A stretch of 64,000 nucleotides of DNA from positions 928,001-992,000 of the forward strand of contig CBDCVR010000013.1 of NCBI GenBank assembly GCA_965223155.1, written 5' to 3'. The notes below the pieces were generated by a model, which searched no databases, had not been told where the DNA came from, and saw only the letters and a program-made list of their open reading frames with translations. The translations under genes were made by a program, and so were the position numbers. The DNA is from Candidatus Multivoradales bacterium. Lineage in GTDB: Bacteria > Acidobacteriota > Thermoanaerobaculia > Multivoradales > JAHEKO01. Below are positions 52,661-61,119 of this stretch, in pieces; position 1 is the stretch's first letter, and every line of letters begins with the position of its first letter.

Positions 52661-54196
52661 CTAGTGGCCACCCGACTCCGCCAGCTCGAGCTTGCCGTCG
52701 GCGTTAGGCTCGAGTCGGTAGACGTCCCACTTCTTCAGGCTACTGCCGCTCGAGCGGTCGCGCTCGAGTTTTTGGGCCATGAGCACCTTGTGGCCGTCGG
52801 TGCGCAGGTTGATGGCCCCGAAGACGGTGACGTTGCGCTCGAGGATCTTCTCGGTGACCTCCTTGAGTTTGGCGCGGATCACGTCCTTCTTGTCCGGGTC
52901 GGTCTCTTCGGCGAGATCGTCCTGGAGCTTGACCAGCTTCTGCTGCAGCTCGATCGGCTCGGCCTCGCGGGCCGAGCGGGCCAGCTCGGTCGAGAAGATG
53001 AGGGGCCGGTCCCCGCGCCCGAAACGGCCGATGGCGCCGAGCGTGTCCGAGCGCGGGTGGGCGTGCGATTCCTGGTCGCCGGACGAGACCACGGTCGCCG
53101 CCGGGTCGGTGGCTTCCAGGAACACGTTCATGAAGTCGGCGCTGCCATGGTGGCAGCTCTTGGCGACGTCACAGGAGAAGATCTCCCGCGCCAGAGCCAC
53201 GAAGGCGCGGTGCTCGTCGGGCTCGGCGTCCGGACCCGGCACCTCGCGTCCCAGATGCTGTTCCAGCAGGAAGCGCTCGGCGGCCCAGTTGAGATCGCCC
53301 GAAAGCAAGAGCGAGACGTTCCGGTAGCGCAGCTTGAGCAGGACCGAGTGGCCGTTCTTGGTCTGGCCCTTGTCGAAGCCGCCTTTGCCGAACCGCTTGA
53401 ACCAGCGCAACAGCGAGCGCTGGCCGTCGTCGGTCTCGACCACCGGGCCCAGGACCTCGATCGACAACTCCTGATCGGCCCCGTAGCCCGGCAGGAAGCC
53501 CTCCTCGCTGTGCGCCGTCGAGAGCATCGTGATCGCGTCCACCCGGCCGCTGGTGTCGGCCGTCGACAGGAGCTTGGGATAGCGCTTGTCGTGCTGGGGC
53601 TTGCTGCCCCTCCAGCGATGTCCCTGCTGGAGAAAGGCCTTGAGCCGCGAGCGGGTCTCCATGAGCTCGGTGAGGTAGCGGATCCCGTCGACGGTCTCGA
53701 TCTCCCCCAAGACCTTCTTGTGATCGTTCGAGCGGGCCTCGATGATGCCGTTGTGGTAGACGGTACCGAACGAGACATTGGGTTCCTCGAAGAGCTTCTG
53801 GAAGCCCCGGTAGTGGTCCTGATCGGGATGGCTGATGACCGCCGACTCGAACTTCCACTTCTTCTTGAAACCACCGTAGCGCCAGCGCAGGAAGCGAAAC
53901 ATGTTGTCGCGCTCGCCGGCGTCGACCACCATGTGCTTGTCCTTGGGCGTCACCACCAGGCACCCGTCCCCCTGGCCAACGTCAACGAAGACGACCTCCA
54001 GTAAGCGTTCCTCGGTCAGATCCTCGGCGCGCATGAAGCCGTCCACCCCGCGCACCCGAACCGGGAACCAGCCCTGGGACTTGGCGCCCTTGAGCCGGAC
54101 CCAATCGCCCCAGAGCAGCTCGTGGATGTTCCTCTTGTCGCCAGGCTGGGCGAAGACCTTGGCGGTTGGATAGGTAGCGTACAGAAATTCGGCCAT
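52661..54196 (-). CDS. ComEC/Rec2-like metallo-beta-lactamase-fold hydrolase with N-terminal SH3-like domain
   Basis: FVDVGQGDG, VDAG, SHPDQDHYRG, NGHS, SGD, CHHGS, HAHP; N-term ELLWGDWVRL...GWFPVRVRGVDGFM; GGGAGG RBS before ATG 54196. Confidence 0.88.
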   Translation of the reverse strand: MAEFLYATYPTAKVFAQPGDKRNIHELLWGDWVRLKGAKSQGWFPVRVRGVDGFMRAEDLTEERLLEVVFVDVGQGDGCLVVTPKDKHMVVDAGERDNMFRFLRWRYGGFKKKWKFESAVISHPDQDHYRGFQKLFEEPNVSFGTVYHNGIIEARSNDHKKVLGEIETVDGIRYLTELMETRSRLKAFLQQGHRWRGSKPQHDKRYPKLLSTADTSGRVDAITMLSTAHSEEGFLPGYGADQELSIEVLGPVVETDDGQRSLLRWFKRFGKGGFDKGQTKNGHSVLLKLRYRNVSLLLSGDLNWAAERFLLEQHLGREVPGPDAEPDEHRAFVALAREIFSCDVAKSCHHGSADFMNVFLEATDPAATVVSSGDQESHAHPRSDTLGAIGRFGRGDRPLIFSTELARSAREAEPIELQQKLVKLQDDLAEETDPDKKDVIRAKLKEVTEKILERNVTVFGAINLRTDGHKVLMAQKLERDRSSGSSLKKWDVYRLEPNADGKLELAESGGH

Positions 54197-54385
54197 TAGG
54201 CACCTCCCGAGAGAAAGCCTCCGGACCTTTCCGGCCCGAAAACCGGGCCCCGGCTTCCAGCGGCGAAGCCGCGACCGAACGGAACTACAACGACTTGTGG
54301 TGGGCCGAGTATACACAAGGCATCGAGTATCCTTGGCCGGATTTCACAGCCGGCCGGCTGCGGACGACGGCAGAAGGGACGACCC

Positions 54386-55804
54386 ATGAGCGAAACCACC
54401 AAGAAGCGGCGCTGGGCGATCGACTCGCTGGTCCTGATCTTCTCGATCGTGATCCTGGCTCAGGTCGTGACCTACCTGGTGCCCCAGGGCCGCTTCGAGC
54501 GCCAGCCCTACCCGAAGAACCCTTCCCGCGAGATGGTCGTCTCCGGCAGCTACGCGCCCGTGGCCGAGGCAAACGAAGTGACCTTGTCGCCCTGGCACTT
54601 CTTGACCGCAGTGCCGAAGGGGCTCGAAGCAGCGCAGGAGATCGTGTTCCTGATCTTCTTGGTCGGCGGGGTCATCGCGATCCTGCGCGCCACCGGGGCG
54701 ATCGACGCCTTTCTGCACACCGCGGTCGCGCGGCTGGGCAAGAGTCCGTGGATCCTGATCGGAGGCTGCTTGCTGCTCTTCGGATTCGGCTCCTGGACGA
54801 TCGGCATGGGCGAAGAATACGTACCGCTCATTCCCATCATCGTGACTATGTGCCTGGCCATGAAGATGGACGCCATCGTTGCCATGGGCATGATCTGGGT
54901 GCCCTACGGCATCGGCTGGGCCTCTGCCGGCACCAATCCCTTCGGCGTCCTGATCGCCCAGGACATCGCCGGGCTGCCGCCGACCTCGGGCTGGGCGTTC
55001 CGCCTCGGCTTGCTCGTGATCTTCTCGATCGTCGGCTTCGACCACGTCTATCGCTACGCTCGCAAGATCCGGCGGGATCCGGCGGCGAGCCTGGTCGCCG
55101 ATGTCGACTACAGCGCCGGCTTCGAAGCGCCCGACGACGTCCGGCTGACGCCCCGCCGCATCGCGATCCTGGCCGTCTTCGCGCTCGGCATCGTCGGCTT
55201 CGTCTACGGCGCCGCCAAGGCCGGCTGGTACATCGGCGAGCTGCTCACGATCTTTCTTGCGATCGGTCTCATCGGCGCCATCCTGGGTGGGCTGTCGCCC
55301 GTCCGCACCAGCCGCGCCTTCATCCACGGGGCTTCGGAGATGACCGCCGCGGCCATCATCATCGGCTTCGCGCGCGCCATCGAAGTGGTGCTCAACGACG
55401 GCCAGGTCATCGACACCGTCATCTACTCGATCGCCTCGGTCCTGGAAGGCACCGGGCCCGCGGTTGCCGCGATCGGCATGCTGGCGGTGCAAACCGTCTG
55501 CAACTTCTTCATCCCATCGGGTTCGGGCCAGGCCTTCGTGACCATGCCGATCATGTCTCCGCTTGCCACCCTCACCGGAGTTCCCCAGCAGGTCGCGGTC
55601 CTCGCCTACCAGTTCGGGGACGGCTTCACCAACATGGTGGTGCCGACCAGCGCTCTGGTGATGGGCACGTTGGCACTCGGCAAGATCCCCTACGGCCGCT
55701 GGCTACGATTCATGATGCCGTTGCTGGTCAAGCTCTTCGCGGTCGCCATCGCCGTCCTCCTGGGGGCGCTGTACTTCGGATCGGCGCTGGGGTTGCCGTC
55801 CTGA
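54386..55804 (+). CDS. YfcC-family (DcuC/ArcD-like) transporter
   Basis: TYLVPQGRFER, TNPFGVLIAQDIAGLP, FFIPSGSGQA, LAYQFGDGFTN. Confidence 0.92.
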   Translation: MSETTKKRRWAIDSLVLIFSIVILAQVVTYLVPQGRFERQPYPKNPSREMVVSGSYAPVAEANEVTLSPWHFLTAVPKGLEAAQEIVFLIFLVGGVIAILRATGAIDAFLHTAVARLGKSPWILIGGCLLLFGFGSWTIGMGEEYVPLIPIIVTMCLAMKMDAIVAMGMIWVPYGIGWASAGTNPFGVLIAQDIAGLPPTSGWAFRLGLLVIFSIVGFDHVYRYARKIRRDPAASLVADVDYSAGFEAPDDVRLTPRRIAILAVFALGIVGFVYGAAKAGWYIGELLTIFLAIGLIGAILGGLSPVRTSRAFIHGASEMTAAAIIIGFARAIEVVLNDGQVIDTVIYSIASVLEGTGPAVAAIGMLAVQTVCNFFIPSGSGQAFVTMPIMSPLATLTGVPQQVAVLAYQFGDGFTNMVVPTSALVMGTLALGKIPYGRWLRFMMPLLVKLFAVAIAVLLGALYFGSALGLPS

Positions 55805-55855
55805 GCCGAGCTCTAGGGCCACCGAGACCGAAGAAGCTGCCGAGGAGACCCACTA

Positions 55856-56269
55856 GTGCCCGCTGACGCGCAGAACGGCGATCTTTCGTCAGAAGCCGTG
55901 ACCCGGGGCGTCCGGGTGACGGTCGAGCCGCGTTTCGACCCCGGACGGTCCAGCCCGGCTCAGGGCCGCTGGTTCTTCCTGTACAGGGTCACCATTGCCA
56001 ATGAAGGCGCCGAAGTGGTCCAGCTTCTCACCCGGCACTGGGTCATCACCGATGGCAATGGCCAGATCGAGGAGGTACGCGGTCCCGGAGTGGTCGGCGA
56101 AACGCCCATTCTGGCGCCAGGAGAGGCCTTCGAGTACACCTCTGGATGCCCGCTGCCGACCGACGTCGGCAAAATGGAGGGGAGCTACCAGATGGTGACC
56201 TCCGAGGGCGAGGCCTTTGACGTCGAGATCGCTCCGTTCACGCTCTGCGCGCCGGGCGTCGTTCACTGA
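55856..56269 (+). CDS. apaG: ApaG protein
   Basis: QLLTRHWVITDGNG, EEVRGPGVVGETP, FEYTSGCPL, GKMEGSY. Confidence 0.95.
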   Translation: MPADAQNGDLSSEAVTRGVRVTVEPRFDPGRSSPAQGRWFFLYRVTIANEGAEVVQLLTRHWVITDGNGQIEEVRGPGVVGETPILAPGEAFEYTSGCPLPTDVGKMEGSYQMVTSEGEAFDVEIAPFTLCAPGVVH

Positions 56270-56311
56270 ACCGAGACCGGACGATCGCTTCACGCCAGAA
56301 ACCCCAAGACC

Positions 56312-56974
56312 GTGTCCGACAACGTTCAGATAGTCCAACTCGAGCCGGCCCGGCGGAACGCCGCGGTCGAGGTCCTGGTCGACGCCTTCGCCGCGTACCC
56401 GGTCATGCGCTTCTTGTTGGGGTACGACGGCGGCGCCGATGCCAGCGTCCGGCGCGACCTCTCCCGGCTGATCGGCTTTTTCACCGACGCCCGCTTCGTT
56501 CGCGGCGACCTCGTGCTGGCAGCCGCCGTCGGCGACCGGATCGAGGCCGTCGCCAATGTCAATCGTCCCGGCTCGCAGCCACCGACCCACCTCGCGGAAC
56601 CCTCGGAGGACCCTCTCCACGATCTGCGCGAGACGGTCTGGGCCCGGCTCGGAGCCGAGGCGCGCCAGCGCTACGACGCCTACGGCGAGGTCACCGACGC
56701 CTTCGAGTATCCCGAGCCGCACTACCACCTGGGCATGCTGGGCGCCCGCCGAGCGGCCAAGGGCCGGGGGCATGGCCGCCTTCTTCTGGAAGCCGTCCAT
56801 GAGCTTGCCGCTAACGATCCCACGGCCGAAGGCGTCAGCCTGACTACCGAAGACCCCCGTAACGTGGATCTCTACCGCCACTTCGGCTACGAGATCGTCG
56901 GGCATGGCTCGCTCTCGCATGGCCAACGTAGCCTCGAGTCGTGGGGGATGTTCCGCGCCTGCGAGCCGTCCTGA
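56312..56974 (+). CDS. GNAT-family acetyltransferase
   Basis: HYHLGMLG...KGRGHGRLLL (motif A), RNVDLYRHFGY. Confidence 0.9.
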   Translation: MSDNVQIVQLEPARRNAAVEVLVDAFAAYPVMRFLLGYDGGADASVRRDLSRLIGFFTDARFVRGDLVLAAAVGDRIEAVANVNRPGSQPPTHLAEPSEDPLHDLRETVWARLGAEARQRYDAYGEVTDAFEYPEPHYHLGMLGARRAAKGRGHGRLLLEAVHELAANDPTAEGVSLTTEDPRNVDLYRHFGYEIVGHGSLSHGQRSLESWGMFRACEPS

Positions 56975-57054
56975 GGCAGCCACCCGACGACACGGGGCGC
57001 GATCCCCTGGAGATTGCTAAGGTTCACTGTCGAACCAGCCGGAGGAACCAATTC

Positions 57055-59157
57055 ATGCGCCGATCTTCGATTCCGACCCACCTCGCCGTCCTCGCTCTCG
57101 CCAGCGCTCTCAGCCTCGCCATGGCCGCGACCGCCGCCGCCGAGGAAGGCATGTGGACCCTCGACAACTTCCCGCACGAGGCCGTGGCCGAGACGTACGG
57201 AGTCGAGATTGACGAAGACTGGCTGACGACCGTGCGACGGGCCACCACGAGGATGGGTGGCTGCACCGGTTCCTTCGTGTCCCGCAAGGGATTGATCCTG
57301 ACCAACCACCACTGCGCACTGCGCTGCATCAGCCGGCTCTCGACCGCCGAGCAGGACTACGAAGAAGACGGCTTTCTGGCGCGCACGCCGTCCGGCGAGA
57401 CCGCCTGCCCGGGCGATCACATGTCCGTCCTCGTGGACAGCAAGGACATCACTCCGCGGGTCACCGAAGCGATCGCCGGCCTCGACGAACGCGCCGCGGC
57501 CGAAGCACGCAAGAAGCTCCTGACCCGAATCGAAGGCGAGTGCGAAGCGGCGTCTGCCACCCACCCCACGGGCAAGCTCACTTGTGAGACGGTGCCGCTC
57601 TACAACGGCGGACAGTACTTTCTCCACAAGTACAAGCGCTACGACGACGTGCGGCTGGTCTTCGCACCCGAAAGCCCGATCGCGGCCTTCGGCGGCGATC
57701 CCGACAATTTCAACTTCCCCCGCTGGTGCCTCGATATGGCGCTCATGCGCGTGTACGAGGACGGCAAGCCGGCCTCGACGCCTCACTATCTGAAATGGCG
57801 CGAGGAAGGCGCGGCCGAAGGCGAGGCCGTCTTCGTCTCCGGCCACCCGGGCTCGACCGAGCGCCAACTCACCGTGGCCGACCTCAAGTTCCTTCGCGAC
57901 GTCCAGTTCCCGCTCTGGCTGCTGCGCTACTCCGAGCTCCGGGGACGGCTCATCCAGTACGGCGCCACCGGCGACGAGGCCTACCGCCGGATCCAATCGC
58001 CACTCCAAGGCATCGAGAACGCGATCAAGGTCCGGCGCAACGAGCTCAAGGCGCTGATGTCGGACGAGATCTTCGCCCGTAAACAGGCGCAGGAGGACAC
58101 CCTGCGCCAGGCGGTCGCGGCCGACCCCGTGCTCGAATCCGCCTACGGCTCGGCCTGGGACGACATCCAGACCGCTCTCGAGGCCTACCGCCCGATCTAC
58201 CGGGAGCACCTGTTCCTCGAGAACCGGGCCGCCTTCAACGGCGCGCTGTTCGACATCGCGCGGGATCTGGTGCGGGCCGCCTACGAGAGCGACAAGGACT
58301 CGGAGGATCGCCTGCGCGAGTATCGGGACACCGCCCTACCCCGGCTCGAGCGCGCCCTTCTGGCGGAACGGCCGATCTACGAGGACCTCGAGGCCCTACG
58401 GCTCGAGTTCTCCCTGGACAAGATGCGCGAATGGCTGGGCCCGGACAGCCCGCACGTCAAGAGCATCCTGGGGGCGAAGTCTCCCCGCACCCGGGCGCGC
58501 GAGCTGGTCGAAGGCACCACTCTGACCGACGCCGAGGCCAGAAAGAGCCTGTGGGAGGGAGGGCGCGCGGCCGTCGAGGCCTCGGACGATCCCATGATCC
58601 AACTGGCCCGAGCGGTCGACGCCGAGGCTCGCGCCCTGCGCAAGCGCTTCGAGGATGAGGTCGAAGCGGTCAAAGAGGCCGCGTACGAGAAGATCGCGGC
58701 GGCGCGCTTCGCCATCCACGGCACCTCTCTATATCCCGACGCCACCTTCACCTTGCGGGTGACCTACGGCTCGGTCAAGGGTTGGGAGGAAGAGGGCCGC
58801 ACCATCGCTCCGTTCACCCGCACCCGGCGCGTCTACGAGCGAACGACCGGCGAGGATCCCTTCCGGCTGCCCGAGCGCTGGCTTGCGGCCCGCGAGCGCC
58901 TCGATCCGGAAACACCGTTCAACACGGTCGCGACCACCGACATCACGGGTGGCAACTCGGGCAGTCCGCTGGTGGACGCCGACGGTCATCTCGTGGGCCT
59001 GGCCTTCGACGGCAACATCCACTCGATCGCCGGCGCCTACTGGTTCGACGAATCCGTCAACCGCACCGTCGCCGTCCATCCGGCGATCATGCTCGAGGCC
59101 TTACGCGAGGTGTACGGGTTCGACCGGATCTTGAGCGAGCTAGAGACCGTCGACTGA
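57055..59157 (+). CDS. S46-family dipeptidyl peptidase (DPP7-like)
   Basis: Signal then EEGMW, GCTGSFVS, TNHHC (H), DNFNFPR (D), TGGNSGSP (S); FDGN (Gly at S1, as in DPP7); GGAGG RBS. Confidence 0.94.
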   Translation: MRRSSIPTHLAVLALASALSLAMAATAAAEEGMWTLDNFPHEAVAETYGVEIDEDWLTTVRRATTRMGGCTGSFVSRKGLILTNHHCALRCISRLSTAEQDYEEDGFLARTPSGETACPGDHMSVLVDSKDITPRVTEAIAGLDERAAAEARKKLLTRIEGECEAASATHPTGKLTCETVPLYNGGQYFLHKYKRYDDVRLVFAPESPIAAFGGDPDNFNFPRWCLDMALMRVYEDGKPASTPHYLKWREEGAAEGEAVFVSGHPGSTERQLTVADLKFLRDVQFPLWLLRYSELRGRLIQYGATGDEAYRRIQSPLQGIENAIKVRRNELKALMSDEIFARKQAQEDTLRQAVAADPVLESAYGSAWDDIQTALEAYRPIYREHLFLENRAAFNGALFDIARDLVRAAYESDKDSEDRLREYRDTALPRLERALLAERPIYEDLEALRLEFSLDKMREWLGPDSPHVKSILGAKSPRTRARELVEGTTLTDAEARKSLWEGGRAAVEASDDPMIQLARAVDAEARALRKRFEDEVEAVKEAAYEKIAAARFAIHGTSLYPDATFTLRVTYGSVKGWEEEGRTIAPFTRTRRVYERTTGEDPFRLPERWLAARERLDPETPFNTVATTDITGGNSGSPLVDADGHLVGLAFDGNIHSIAGAYWFDESVNRTVAVHPAIMLEALREVYGFDRILSELETVD

Positions 59158-59216
59158 CCCCCGGCGGAGAGGAATTACCCCGCGAAGCGCACCGCGGCCG
59201 CGGATGCCGGCGCGCC

Positions 59217-59232
59217 GGGCACGGGCCTTGCT
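59217..59232 (+). promoter_or_regulatory. Putative sigma-54 (-24/-12) promoter of the OmpA-lipoprotein gene
   Basis: gGGCACGggccTTGCT versus consensus TGGCACG-N4-TTGCW, with exact GG-N10-GC spacing, intergenic. Confidence 0.7.
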
Positions 59233-59351
59233 CTTTCTTACGTAGGGGAGATCGAGCCCTCCGGGGTTCGATGTTTCCGGGCAACACCCAGCCCGACAGG
59301 GTTCGGGGAGGCACACTGGTACGGAAAAATTTTCCCAAGGGAGGGTAGGAA

Positions 59352-60041
59352 TTGACTATCTCGCTCGCCTCGAAGACACGCTGGAGCAAGACCACGTTTG
59401 CCTGCATCGTCCTGGCCTCGCTCGCCTGGACCACGACCGGTTGCGCCTGGTTTCGCAACCTCGGTGACTACGAGACCAATCGCGACAAGACCAAGAAGGG
59501 CGCGGCGGCCGGGGCCGCAGCGGGTGCCGCAGCCGCCATCCTCAAAGGCGAGCGAGAGGCCGACGAGATTCTGGCCGGAGCCGCGGTCGGCGCGGTGGTC
59601 GGGGCCGGCGTCGGCGCCTACCTCGACAGCCAGGAGGAGCGCTTCGCCCGCATTCCGGGCACCACGGTGGAGCGCGTCGCCGACAACCTGCTCCTTGTCC
59701 GTTTCGACTCCACCGTCGTCTTCGAGGTGGATTCGGCCGTGGTCGGCAGCGAAGGCCGATCAATGCTGAATGAGGTCGCCGTCGTTCTCAACGACTTTCC
59801 CAAAACCGCCGTGGTGGTCCAGGGGCACACCGACTCGACCGGCGGCGAGGAGCACAACCAGGACTTGTCCGAACGCCGGGCGGCATCGGTCGGCAACCAC
59901 CTCACCGGCCGGGGCGTGGACCCGGGCCGGATGATCACCCTCGGCTACGGCGAAGGCTACCCGGTCGCCTCGAACGCGACGGCCTCCGGCCGCCAGCGCA
60001 ACCGCCGCGTAGAGATCCTGCTCAAGGCCAAGGCAGTCTAG
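59352..60041 (+). CDS. OmpA-domain lipoprotein with glycine zipper (YiaD-like)
   Basis: Lipobox TTGC, GAAAGAAAG, GHTDSTG...NQDLSERRA, NRRVEI. Confidence 0.93.
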   Translation: MTISLASKTRWSKTTFACIVLASLAWTTTGCAWFRNLGDYETNRDKTKKGAAAGAAAGAAAAILKGEREADEILAGAAVGAVVGAGVGAYLDSQEERFARIPGTTVERVADNLLLVRFDSTVVFEVDSAVVGSEGRSMLNEVAVVLNDFPKTAVVVQGHTDSTGGEEHNQDLSERRAASVGNHLTGRGVDPGRMITLGYGEGYPVASNATASGRQRNRRVEILLKAKAV

Positions 60042-60066
60042 CGGTTCCCGGGGCCTCCCAGCCGGC

Positions 60067-61119
60067 TCAGCTCTCGTCGACGGCAACGGCCTGTCCTGGC
60101 CGAAGCCGTTCCCCGCCCCGGACCACGATCCGGTCGCCGGGATTGACCTCACTCGAAACCTCGATGAGATCGCCGTTGCCGACCCCGGTTTCGACCGCAA
60201 CGCGCTCGACGGTGTCCCCGTCGAGTACCCGAAAGACGTAGATGGCGTCGCTCCGCAAGACTAACGCGTCTCGGGGCACCGCCACGACGTCGCGCGGCGC
60301 GCTCGACGGCAAGGCCACCTTGACCGCCCCTCCGACCAGCCAGTCTCGGCCGTCCACGGCAACGCGAAGCTCGAACATCCGGGAGCGCTCGTCCCCGACG
60401 CGGACGATCCGGGACACCCTGCCCGTGCCCCTGCGGCCGTCCCCTTCGACCACCACCTCGAGCCCTTCGACCAGAAAGGGCTCGACGGAGAGTGGTGCCC
60501 GGGCCGAGACCTCGAGGTCCTCGACATTGACCAGGCGGACGACGTCCAGGCCCACCGAGGCGTAGGAGCCTGCCTGCTGATACCGTTCAACCACGCGGCC
60601 GGCAAACGGAGCCCGGACCGTCAGACGCGAGATTCGAAACTGGGTCTGCTCGCGCGCCAGGTGCGCCGCCGCAAGGTTCTGCGAGGCGGTCTCGCGTTGC
60701 GCCTCCGCCTGCTCCAGAGCGTTGGCCGCCACGATCTGCTCGGCCGCCAGGCGCCGACTGCGCGCAAGCTGCTGGTCGGCCAGGGTCAGAGCGGCTTCCA
60801 AACGCTTGATCTGAGCCTCGTCGTTCTTGAGCTGAATCGCCAGAGACGACCGGTCGATCCGCGCCACCGGAGCGCCCCGTCTCACGATGTCGCCGACTTC
60901 GGCGACCCAGGTCAACTGCCCGGCGCCCTCGGCGGCGATGCGGGCGTCGGCACGGCTGACGACGGTGCCCGGTGCCCAGGTCTGGGCGGTCATTCGGGTC
61001 GCGATCGCCTCGGCTACCCGTACCGGGGCCGGCGGCGGGCCGCTCTGGGCGGACAGGGAAATGGCTCCCAGGAGTACGAGTGTCGACACGGAGCCGACGC
61101 GTCGGAACGAATCGTTCAT
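60067..61119 (-). CDS. RND efflux membrane-fusion (periplasmic adaptor) protein
   Basis: VGDIVRRGAPVARID, VRAPFAGRV, VPRDALV, GDRIVVRG; ATGA overlap with the permease stop. Confidence 0.93.
   Translation of the reverse strand: MNDSFRRVGSVSTLVLLGAISLSAQSGPPPAPVRVAEAIATRMTAQTWAPGTVVSRADARIAAEGAGQLTWVAEVGDIVRRGAPVARIDRSSLAIQLKNDEAQIKRLEAALTLADQQLARSRRLAAEQIVAANALEQAEAQRETASQNLAAAHLAREQTQFRISRLTVRAPFAGRVVERYQQAGSYASVGLDVVRLVNVEDLEVSARAPLSVEPFLVEGLEVVVEGDGRRGTGRVSRIVRVGDERSRMFELRVAVDGRDWLVGGAVKVALPSSAPRDVVAVPRDALVLRSDAIYVFRVLDGDTVERVAVETGVGNGDLIEVSSEVNPGDRIVVRGGERLRPGQAVAVDES

Noticed and set aside
52661-52663. Genome-wide amber recoding (pyrrolysine or alternative code) as the explanation of the in-frame extension
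   Set aside because: Many genes here end at TAG at their expected C-termini (e.g. ppc MRNTG*, OM barrel WGF*), and no pyl genes are present in the window
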